Positions 47,171-55,090 are shown, counted from the stretch's first letter. The stretch: 64,000 nt of DNA from a virus (IMGVR_UViG_3300037400_003271:8853-72852); one strand, 5' to 3'. Notes: generated by a model not told the origin, from the letters alone. A program made the numbers and translations.

Positions 47171-48128
47171 TAAAATGATTCGCGGACGCATAAGGGAGTC
47201 GAACCCCTACTCGCCCATAGCCGTTCGCGTTTCTCCTTTCTGCGAATAATCCCATATTCGCGCTTTACTACTTGAAACGCCATCTGCCCTATTCCATCGG
47301 CCTATTTTTTGCCTACAATACTATGTATATATCGCACCGCTACTCGTTTAGCATTGTACGAATTCAGTCTAAATTCGATTCGTACATAGTTAGCCCGCAT
47401 ATCGCGTCGGGACGCCTTTTTTAGTCCTATTTATTTATCCGGCGTTCATCGTTCAATTTTATAATCGGTTTCCCTATATTCGTCTATCCCGCCTATAGTC
47501 CGGCCTTTTTATTTAGACTGCCGTTTCAGTGTTTTTAGTTCCGCTCGGCTTGCAAAACTCACCTACATAGTAGGCCGTAGTCGGCTACAGGGTAAATCGT
47601 CGCTCATTCGTGGGTCATCCGTGGATGTAAGATTGGTAAGCATACAATGCCCCCCTATGAGGATTTCATTCCCTTTTACCTTCTCGCATTCAAACTTATA
47701 AAGAACTTTCAAATCGCTTACGCCTATATATATAACAATTGCCGTGCCAAAATACGGCACGCGTGCCAAAAATTAGCAAAAAAATTTAGGCCGTGCGTAT
47801 CTTATTGATTTCCAGCGGGTTACGGGCGTCAATTTAGAGAAATTCTAAATAGGAGGGCGCGGAGCGCCACTGTACTAGTATACTAAGACACCCCCTGGGT
47901 TTCATAAGCAAAAATTATGGGTTTCATACCTTTGCCGACCGCCAAAGGTTTGTAACTGCTTGATTATCAATAAGTTAGGCCGGCGAAGGGGTACGGGGGT
48001 TTATTGTGGCGGCTTATCGAAGGCCCCGCCTGCGACTCTGAAATTTTTTTTTCTTATAATCCGGGTTGCCTGGATTTCGACCAGCCCGGAGATCCTGAAC
48101 TCGAGGGGGTTGACACAAATTGTCAAAA

Positions 48129-48505
48129 TGTGGCTAAGTTGAGCGCTTGTAAGTCACTGGAATAGAGCAAGTTGATGAAATGTGGTTAACTTTTTACCAC
48201 GAAAATTATATTCTGCTCTGCTGTAAGTAGTTGATTATGAGGGCGGTGGTTAAGTGGAAGAATATAACTTAAATAAATAAGTGGAAGAATTTTATGCAAT
48301 ATATAGCGTTCTACGAGAGGTCTTTAAAAATGGCTTCTCAATTTCAAGCAAATCTGCATTCTACGGCATTCCATTCGATAAAGTATATGTACAACTTAAC
48401 CACAGACTTAACCACAAATTGGCGCAAATCTGCATTCTACGGCATTCTGACAAAGATTTCCGTACAACCATGTTGTAAACCAAATCAGCCTCCTACGACC
48501 CTACG
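48129..48505. repeat. iteron-like repeat array in divergent non-coding region
   Basis: 24-bp direct repeat 48348-48371/48424-48447; TAAGTGGAAGAAT x2; GTGGTTAA/TTAACCAC x5 in both orientations. Confidence 0.7.
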
Positions 48506-48530
48506 ATTTAAAAAAATGTGAACAAATGGG

Positions 48531-48560
48531 TTGCAAAGTTGTTAAAAATGCCTATATTTG
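48531..48560 (+). promoter_or_regulatory. Bacteroidetes sigma70-type promoter of rightward arm
   Basis: TTG-N19-TATATTTG; ATG at 48569. Confidence 0.65.
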
Positions 48561-48568
48561 CCGTCGGT

Positions 48569-48913
48569 ATGAGATACAAAGGAGAACAAGGGGTCCGGGC
48601 CGAGCAGCTCGGAACGGGCCAAATCAGGGTGTTCAAGACCGTACGCGAGGCGTCCGCCGGCCTCGGGGTGACCCAGCAGGCGGTGTCGAGGGCCCTCGCG
48701 AGGGGAGGGCTCTGTCGGGGCTGCTCCCTCTCGCGCGTGCAGCGCTTCTGGATGGTCAAGGACTCCGCCGGCGAATACCTCGTCTGCAGGCGCGACCGAT
48801 ACGGGCGGTTCGAATCCATCGGCCGGTCCGGAGGAGTCATCGACCAGAAGAATGTTGTCGCCGCCAAGGAGATCACCGTGAGCGTCTGGACCGAAGAGGA
48901 GGAGAATCTATGA
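48569..48913 (+). CDS. NUMOD1-like HTH protein, paralogue C1
   Basis: IRVFKTVREASAGLGVTQQAVSRAL. Confidence 0.65.
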   Translation: MRYKGEQGVRAEQLGTGQIRVFKTVREASAGLGVTQQAVSRALARGGLCRGCSLSRVQRFWMVKDSAGEYLVCRRDRYGRFESIGRSGGVIDQKNVVAAKEITVSVWTEEEENL

Positions 48914-49266
48914 TGCGGTTCAGGGAATTCTATGTGGTCGCCACCGACGTGGAAACCGGATTCGAGGAGTGGTTCCGGACCCTCAAGCAGGCCGGCGCTG
49001 CGTGCGGCGCCAGCGACGACGGGATAGAGCGCGCGATCCGCTTCGGCCGGACCATCCTGTACTGGCGCTTCAGGAAAGCGCACGTGCGCTACCTGATCGT
49101 CAGCCGCACCGGACAGGAGGTCGTCTGCAGGTACGATCCGGAAAGGAAGGTGCTCGTCAGCGTCGACGGCGGCATCGAGTTTGGGAAAAGGCAGTACAGG
49201 AGCTGCGAGGAACTGATAGTTGAAAAAGATGGGAGTCTTCAGCGTAGACAGGCCGGAACGGCGTAA
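48910..49266 (+). CDS. NUMOD1-like HTH protein, paralogue C2
   Basis: MMRFREF start in ATGA overlap; DVETG..EWFRTLKQAGAACGASDDGIERAI. Confidence 0.65.
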   Translation: MMRFREFYVVATDVETGFEEWFRTLKQAGAACGASDDGIERAIRFGRTILYWRFRKAHVRYLIVSRTGQEVVCRYDPERKVLVSVDGGIEFGKRQYRSCEELIVEKDGSLQRRQAGTA

Positions 49267-49720
49267 GAAGGTGCCGGGCTACGGCGGCCGCTACGAGGTG
49301 AGCGACCTCGGGCGGGTGTACTCGGGCGGGTTCGAGCTGACGCCCGTGCTCGGTCGGTACGTGTACCTGCACGACAGGGGGCAGGCGGACCGCGCGTCCG
49401 TGTGCTACCTGGTGGCGAGGGCCTTCGTGCCCAACCCGGAAGGGCGGCCCTTCGTGCGGCACCGGAACGGTATGGCCGGGGACAACCGGGCCGAGAACCT
49501 GGAGTGGGTGGAGGCGAAGGAGCGCTGCGGCCAGCCCGTCGGCCGGAAGGGCGTCTGCAGGAGTGTGGTGGCGTACGACCGGGAGACCGGCGAGTTCGTC
49601 GGAAAGTGGGACAGCGTGAAAAATGCGTCCGAGGCGCTGGATGTGGCACGGTGTTTGATACGTAACTGCGCAGAGGGAAGAGCGAGGAGGGCGAAAGGAT
49701 ACGTGTTCAGATATGTATAA
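49229..49720 (+). CDS. NUMOD4-HNH-NUMOD1 protein
   Basis: KVPGYGGRYEVSDLGRV; VRHRNGMAGDNRAENLEW; AYDRETGEFVGKWDSVKNAS. Confidence 0.8.
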   Translation: MGVFSVDRPERRKKVPGYGGRYEVSDLGRVYSGGFELTPVLGRYVYLHDRGQADRASVCYLVARAFVPNPEGRPFVRHRNGMAGDNRAENLEWVEAKERCGQPVGRKGVCRSVVAYDRETGEFVGKWDSVKNASEALDVARCLIRNCAEGRARRAKGYVFRYV

Positions 49721-49892
49721 AGAAAAAGGAACAGGAAGAAGCAAGGAAGAGGCCCGCAGGCGGGCTGAGGAGGCGCTGAAGGAGCGTCTCTGGAGAGAGT
49801 GCTGGAAGGAGGCGATCGAGGTGCCGCGGGATGCTGTCGAGCATGTGGTGGCGATCGAGGGTGGACTTTTCGAAGTAACTATAGAGATATGA
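49713..49892 (+). CDS. small hypothetical protein (59 aa)
   Basis: MYKEKGTGRSKEEA...; ATGA-coupled to MazG gene. Confidence 0.5.
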   Translation: MYKEKGTGRSKEEARRRAEEALKERLWRECWKEAIEVPRDAVEHVVAIEGGLFEVTIEI

Positions 49893-50215
49893 TTTCATTG
49901 GATGATTTTCAGCGGGGCGCTCTGGAGACGGCCGTCTATCCGGAGCAGCATCGGGTGATCTACCCGGCCCTTGGTCTCGCGGGCGAGGCCGGCGAAGTGG
50001 CGGACAAGGTAAAGAAGGTCCTGAGGGGCGACGGCCCGCTGGACGAGGAGCGGAAGAAGGCGATAGCGCAGGAGATCGGCGACGTGCTGTGGTACTGCGC
50101 GGTGCTGGCCAGCGACCTCGGGTTCGGCCTCGAGGAGATCGGGTCGATGAACTACGCGAAGCTGCACAGCCGGAAGGAGCGCGGGATGCTCGGAGGGGAC
50201 GGAGATGATAGATAG
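49889..50215 (+). CDS. mazG: MazG-like nucleoside triphosphate pyrophosphohydrolase
   Basis: LGLAGEAGEVADKVKK...EIGDVLWY...NYAKLHSR. Confidence 0.85.
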   Translation: MISLDDFQRGALETAVYPEQHRVIYPALGLAGEAGEVADKVKKVLRGDGPLDEERKKAIAQEIGDVLWYCAVLASDLGFGLEEIGSMNYAKLHSRKERGMLGGDGDDR

Positions 50216-50242
50216 TATATAGTGTTTAATTCTTAATAGTTA

Positions 50243-50503
50243 ATGACAATGGAAACAAAGTATTCGATTTGCGACAAGGTCGCGTTTTTCAACACGACGG
50301 AGCGTAAGGTGCTGACCGCGGAGGTCAAGGGTATCCAGATTGTTCCGACTGGGATCAGCAAGAACGAGAAGGGTGAGAACGTGCTGGACGGCTACGTCGT
50401 CCTGTACCAGACCTTCGACGGCCCGATCCTCGCGGAGTCCGAGTGTTTCGACAGCGAGGAGGCGTGCAAGGCGTTCTACCGGGACTTCTTCAACAAGGAG
50501 TAG
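50243..50503 (+). CDS. hypothetical protein
   Basis: METKYSICDKVAF motif. Confidence 0.65.
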   Translation: MTMETKYSICDKVAFFNTTERKVLTAEVKGIQIVPTGISKNEKGENVLDGYVVLYQTFDGPILAESECFDSEEACKAFYRDFFNKE

Positions 50504-50670
50504 TAGCATCGGGTTTCCGGCGTTAAGGCGGGGGTGCCCGGCCGCGCACACCGTCAAGGGTAGGTCCGGAATATGGCAGGCGCCAGCCCGAGGATAGTTT
50601 GTGTGGCGTCGGCCGGATCAAAGCGGGCCGGAATAAAGGACATACCGCAATTCCGGGCAGCGGCAGACAG

Positions 50671-50752
50671 AGTGTGGTAGCTCAGTGGACAGAGCGCCGC
50701 CCCAAGCGCATGGGGATCAACGGAGACGCGGGTTCGAATCCCGTCCACGCAC
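50671..50752 (+). tRNA. tRNA-like RNA with expanded (27-nt) anticodon arm; no assignable anticodon
   Basis: acceptor GTGTGG/CCACGC, D arm GCTC/GAGC with GG, T arm GCGGG-TTCGAAT-CCCGT. Confidence 0.75.
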
Positions 50753-50770
50753 AGAGAGATCTTTGAAATT

Positions 50771-51124
50771 GGGGCTGGTTTGGTTTAGACTTGCATGAGG
50801 CAGGTACTGACTTACGCACTGGGCGGTGATCCCAGTTGAATAAAGCACCGAAAACACAAAAGGCAAGAATTTCATCAGCAGGATGGCGGGCAAGGCTCGT
50901 GCTCTGCGCGAAAAGGTCGCCGGGATCTTCGCTCCCCGCGAGATTGAAGAGTTCGCTCTGGCGATTGCCTAATTTCTCGGCTTAGGAAAACCGAGTGGTG
51001 GAGATGGGCAGTGAACTTCTGTCCTGACCGTCCTGGAGCCGGACAAAAATGGCTATCCTAAGCGTATGAACAAAGTCAGTATGGGCACATGTATAGGACG
51101 AGGGTTCGACTCCCTCCAGCTCCA
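50771..51124 (+). ncRNA. ssrA: tmRNA
   Basis: GGGGCTG/CAGCTCC-A acceptor with G3.U70; T arm GAGGG-TTCGACT-CCCTC; helix 2; pk1 (ACTGGG/CCCAGT, CGGTG/CACCG); tag frame 50862-50972 ending FALAIA*. Confidence 0.93.
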
Positions 51125-51329
51125 CAAAGGCAGTGAGGTATGCCCTATAGGGAACAACATTGGACTTGCCGTACAATAGTGCTTAGGAATCAAGTGCTAT
51201 GCCCAATGCCCGAAGAACCTGGTAGCGCAGGTCGCTGCAAACATATCGTCCCGCCGTGAGGCGCGAGCGCAGGCGCGAGTACATAGTGTCTTAGTGTATT
51301 AGTTCCCCGGGCCGCCTGACCGGGATTCT

Positions 51330-51401
51330 GGGAGGGTAGCTCAGAGGTAGAGCGGGCGCCGAGGGGCGCGAAGGCCGGCGGTCCGAATCCGCCCCCTTCC
51401 A
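51330..51401 (+). tRNA. tRNA-like RNA with Ala acceptor identity and mispaired anticodon arm
   Basis: GGGAGGG/CCCTTCC-A; D arm GCTC/GAGC; T arm GGCGG-TCCGAAT-CCGCC. Confidence 0.75.
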
Positions 51402-51499
51402 CACAGGAAGCGCAGTGATGCGCGGTGTAAACGGAGGATTTGCCATATAGTGAACTGGATAGTTATTGCTGATGGCCGTGTTCTTCCGTGCGGCCACAT

Positions 51500-51574
51500 A
51501 GCGGGGTGGTGAACCGGTAACACGCGAAGCCCCATGTACGCATCGAGAAGCAAGTTCGATTCTTGCCCCCGCAA
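51500..51574 (+). tRNA. fMet-like tRNA-shaped RNA with 21-nt anticodon arm
   Basis: GCGGGG/CCCCGC acceptor with 1:72 mismatch; T arm GCAAG-TTCGATT-CTTGC; CAT in a 15-nt loop. Confidence 0.7.
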
Positions 51575-51668
51575 CTCTATGAAACGGACAGCAGCATACG
51601 GCGTCAGCAGGACGCGGGATGCCAGGGGCGTGTCTTCTGGAGATATATCCCGAAGAAACCGGGCAGGA

Positions 51669-51700
51669 TTTGTAAGTTTGGAATAGTTTTTGTATGTTTG
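51669..51700 (+). promoter_or_regulatory. Bacteroidetes sigma70-type promoter of replication genes
   Basis: TTTG-N20-TATGTTTG. Confidence 0.65.
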
Positions 51701-51738
51701 TAATCCGCGTCTATGGGTACGGCGCAGAAGAAAATTCG

Positions 51739-51801
51739 AGCCAGAGTCGTAGGGGAAGTACCCACCTTTCTTCGGAGAGGTCCCCTCGGCCCTGGCTTTT
51801 T
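51739..51801 (+). terminator. long hairpin with cUUCGg loop and U-tract in primase leader
   Basis: AGCCAG/CTGGCT, GTCG/CGGC, AGGGG/CCCCT, ACCTTTC/GAGAGGT, then TTTT. Confidence 0.65.
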
Positions 51802-51819
51802 GTTTAAAAACCGCAAGTT

Positions 51820-53283
51820 TTGAGCAAGAAGAATGATGTCATAGACTACCTCATTTCGGTCCTGGAGCCGGAGATTTCCGGCAAGGGGGCGACTGACGGC
51901 AAATTGGACAAGCTCAAGGAGGCAGAGCTCTGCGACGCCTTCGAGAGTTATGTCTGTGGCAGGCCGGACGATACGGGGTGCGACTTTTTCAAGGTCGCGG
52001 AGGGTGATGTCTTGTTCATGTTCAACGGGAAGTGGTACGAGAAGATTGACGATGTGCGCCTGCGCTTCATCGTGAAGGAGGTGCTTAGGAAATGCCACGT
52101 GGGTTCGATCTATATCCGTAACTCTGCGTCGAAGATCGCCGACGAGTGCAAGGAGACGCTCCTTTCATGCGAATGGTGTTTCTTCGAGCCGGACCGCAGG
52201 TATGTGGTGTTCCGGAACGGTGTTCTGGATATGGAGACGAGGCGCTTTTATGAACACGACATCAAGTACAAGACGGACATAGTCCTGAATTTCAACTACC
52301 TATCGAACGAGAGGAGCGGCCTGTGGGACCGTCTCATCTCGCAGACGGTTCCGGACGAGGGTATGCGCGGCGCGATGCAGCAGTTCTGCGGCGCCATGCT
52401 CGCGGACCGGAAGAAGTTCAAGATCGAGTACATGCTGATGCTGGTCGGTAGCGGCCGGAATGGCAAGTCGGTGGTTACCGACGCCATCGCGAACGTGTTC
52501 GGAGACGATCTGGTGAGTTCGTACAGCCCGGAGCAGCTCTTCGGGAACACGGGCCATAGCCTGTACAACCTCGCGGACATCAACGGAAAGTTGGCGAACA
52601 TCTGCGACGATCTGAAGAACAAGGAATTCTCCGGAGGCGAGTTCAAGCAATTCATCTCCGGGCACAAGTTCCAGGCGCGGCACATCTACGGCCGCCCGTT
52701 CGTGGTCAGCAAGATCCCTCTGATGGTGTGCTGCATGAACGAGATTCCTCCGACCACGGACGATACTATGGGCCACTACCGCCGGCTCCTGCCGATCCTC
52801 TGCCCGAACCAGGTGGCGGAGAAGGACGTGGACTACGAGCTGTCGGACAAGTTGGCGACGGATGACAACAAGGCGGCCATCTTCAACTGGCTCCTCGACG
52901 GCTACAAGGCGTTCGTGGAGAACAAGGGCCGCATCGAAATCAGCGACAGCATCAAGAATATCCGCGAGGACATCAAGGCCGACGCGAACTCCGCCCGGCA
53001 GTGGATCCGAGAGATGGGATACACTCCCGTCGCCGTGCGCGATCCGAACGACCCTCGCTGGAAGCCTATCAACGAGTGGATGCGCGAGTACATCGATTGG
53101 TGCCGCGAGTGCTCCGAGAACGCGAAGACGGCCAAGGCAGTCGGCTCCGTGCTGAAGGACCTCGGGTTTGCCAGCGAGAAGCGCAGGAGCACCACTTGGT
53201 ATTGCATCGGGAGGAAGGCCGAAGAGAATGTTGTGTCTACCGACCTCCCCGGCGAGGATGGTAAGGACGATCTTCCGTTCTGA
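51820..53283 (+). CDS. D5/P4-type SF3 primase-associated helicase
   Basis: YVVFRNGVLD; Walker A GSGRNGKS; LANICDD; FKQFISG; RRLLPILC; TTG start. Confidence 0.85.
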   Translation: MSKKNDVIDYLISVLEPEISGKGATDGKLDKLKEAELCDAFESYVCGRPDDTGCDFFKVAEGDVLFMFNGKWYEKIDDVRLRFIVKEVLRKCHVGSIYIRNSASKIADECKETLLSCEWCFFEPDRRYVVFRNGVLDMETRRFYEHDIKYKTDIVLNFNYLSNERSGLWDRLISQTVPDEGMRGAMQQFCGAMLADRKKFKIEYMLMLVGSGRNGKSVVTDAIANVFGDDLVSSYSPEQLFGNTGHSLYNLADINGKLANICDDLKNKEFSGGEFKQFISGHKFQARHIYGRPFVVSKIPLMVCCMNEIPPTTDDTMGHYRRLLPILCPNQVAEKDVDYELSDKLATDDNKAAIFNWLLDGYKAFVENKGRIEISDSIKNIREDIKADANSARQWIREMGYTPVAVRDPNDPRWKPINEWMREYIDWCRECSENAKTAKAVGSVLKDLGFASEKRRSTTWYCIGRKAEENVVSTDLPGEDGKDDLPF

Positions 53284-53285
53284 TT

Positions 53286-54200
53286 ATGGCAGGATATAGA
53301 GTAGCAAGGGCTTTCGAGCGGATCCCGGAGATCACCGGGCTGGAACTTGTGCGCAACGGCGCCAAGTGGCAGGGCGGCTATTATCTGAACGGCGACAGGC
53401 ATCAGTTCCGCCGCGACAAGCTGAAAGTGGTGGAGTGGAAGAACGGCATCTGGCTGTTCGAGGAGGGGGGCGACAGCATGAGCCTCGAGAACTGGCTGCA
53501 GCAGTATGGCGGCGCCAAGGACTATTGGGACGCAGTGGCGATCATAGAGGGGAGGTCTGAAGGGTTTCGGTATGACCGCGATGTGAGGAAGAAGGAGACG
53601 CGGCAGCAGTATGTCGATCCGAGCGCGCTCGCCGGGGCGAAGCAGTATGATCTGAGGAAGTGCAACCTCTTCAACTGGATGTGCACGATGTTCCCGGAGA
53701 AGAGAGTACGCGAGGTGTGGGATATGTACAACGTGACGACAGATTCGCACGGTAATTGCGTCTTCTGGTACGTTGACCAGGACGGAAAGATATTGTATGA
53801 CAAGAGAATCCTATATAAGGCCGATGGCCACAGAGATCGAGGTTTCTTCCCCGGACGGCAATACAGAGTCGCTGACGGATACGTTGGAAAGTGCTATTTC
53901 GGTGCGCATCTTAAGGACGACGGGAAAAAAGCCTTTATTATGGAGAGCGAAAAGTCAGTGCTGCTCTCGTCGCTCTATTTCGGAAATAGAAGATTTATGG
54001 CTTGCGGTGGGAAGTCGAATCTCCGCGAAATAGAGCCGAACACACTGCTTGTCCCCGATATGGATGCCCGCATTGAATGGGATGAGAAGGGCGAGGTATG
54101 GCCGTGGTGGGAGAAGTGGGGGAAGCCCGTGAGCGAGATCCCGGAGAAGGCCGACATCGGCGATATGATCGAAAGCAGGTTATTGCGTAATTTAGAATAA
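53286..54200 (+). CDS. primase-related Toprim-like protein (DUF6371-like)
   Basis: FWYVDQDGKI; CYFGAHL; IMESEKS; MACGG; LVPDMD; ADIGD. Confidence 0.7.
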   Translation: MAGYRVARAFERIPEITGLELVRNGAKWQGGYYLNGDRHQFRRDKLKVVEWKNGIWLFEEGGDSMSLENWLQQYGGAKDYWDAVAIIEGRSEGFRYDRDVRKKETRQQYVDPSALAGAKQYDLRKCNLFNWMCTMFPEKRVREVWDMYNVTTDSHGNCVFWYVDQDGKILYDKRILYKADGHRDRGFFPGRQYRVADGYVGKCYFGAHLKDDGKKAFIMESEKSVLLSSLYFGNRRFMACGGKSNLREIEPNTLLVPDMDARIEWDEKGEVWPWWEKWGKPVSEIPEKADIGDMIESRLLRNLE

Positions 54201-54213
54201 TTCCAAATTAGAT

Positions 54214-54612
54214 ATGAACAAGAACTGCGTCTGGAAAGTGAAAGAGGAGGACCGCAATTGCGGATATTGCGTCATAAGGAGATGGTGTGGCGTGCGCGTT
54301 CGTCCGTCCGCCAGCCCGCTTGTGACCGGCAAGAAGTATATCGGCGTTGCTTGGGCGGTTACGGGAGAGGACCCGCTGTCCGGGTCCAGACGCCGTGCTG
54401 CCGTGTGGGCGAGGAATATGGTCGCGTACAGGATGTCTCTGGACGGGTACACGCAGGAGGCGATAGCCCCAGTGGTAGGGCGCGACCGTTGTACTGTCAT
54501 GCACTGCATCCAGAGAATGTCAGATGCGCTCGCGTCTCCGAAGCAGTATCCGGACGAGGTGGAGTATTGGAATATGTTTCAGGAAAGGTTATCTTTGAGT
54601 AAAACAAACTGA
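54214..54612 (+). CDS. DnaA C-terminal-like HTH protein
   Basis: VWARNMVAY...TQEAIAPVVGRDRCTVMH. Confidence 0.7.
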   Translation: MNKNCVWKVKEEDRNCGYCVIRRWCGVRVRPSASPLVTGKKYIGVAWAVTGEDPLSGSRRRAAVWARNMVAYRMSLDGYTQEAIAPVVGRDRCTVMHCIQRMSDALASPKQYPDEVEYWNMFQERLSLSKTN

Positions 54613-54613
54613 T

Positions 54614-55090
54614 ATGTGGAAGAAATTTGTAACATGGTGGTATTTCCACCTCGCTAATCCGGTGATCCGGAAGGGCGAAAGCGGCGGATTCCGGTGGTGT
54701 TTTCGCCGATTCTGGCTCGAGATCTCGTCTCTGAGCGGCAACTTCAAGGCGCGGTTCACTGCTTCCGAGCACCCTACCAGCTACCTGCTGGCCGGCAAGA
54801 CTGACGACAATATCGTTGGATTTTGCGAGATCATGTACACGGTCGGCATGCTGCTGACGAGAGACCAGGGCTTCGTCAACGACATCAACAAGGCTATCCA
54901 GAAGTACGACAAGCGCCTGCAGAAGTCCAACGCGCCGAAGGAGGACGAGGCCGAGGAGAGGATTGACCTTGAATATGTGAAGGGCGTCCAGGATTTTGTT
55001 GAGCAGCCGAAGAGCGAGCGTAGCAAGCGCGCAAAGGCGGTGGACAAGAAGTTCAAGGCCGCGGCACGGAATTTGCAGAAAGAGGAGTAA
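54614..55090 (+). CDS. hypothetical protein
   Basis: 158-aa ORF. Confidence 0.7.
   Translation: MWKKFVTWWYFHLANPVIRKGESGGFRWCFRRFWLEISSLSGNFKARFTASEHPTSYLLAGKTDDNIVGFCEIMYTVGMLLTRDQGFVNDINKAIQKYDKRLQKSNAPKEDEAEERIDLEYVKGVQDFVEQPKSERSKRAKAVDKKFKAAARNLQKEE

Noticed and set aside
48129-48505. CRISPR array
   Set aside because: Repeats occur only twice or are short and irregularly spaced; no cas genes.
48801-48820. GGTTCGAATCC T-loop-like sequence
   Set aside because: Lies inside a CDS with no T stem or acceptor stem.
50561-50585. SRP RNA helix-8-like AGGTCCGGAA
   Set aside because: The TCC-GGAA-GGA stem cannot form (TAT follows) and the surrounding helix is absent.
50750-51660. HDV-like theta ribozymes at tRNA 3' ends
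   Set aside because: No P3/L3 core or nested double pseudoknot found by eye downstream of any tRNA-like element.
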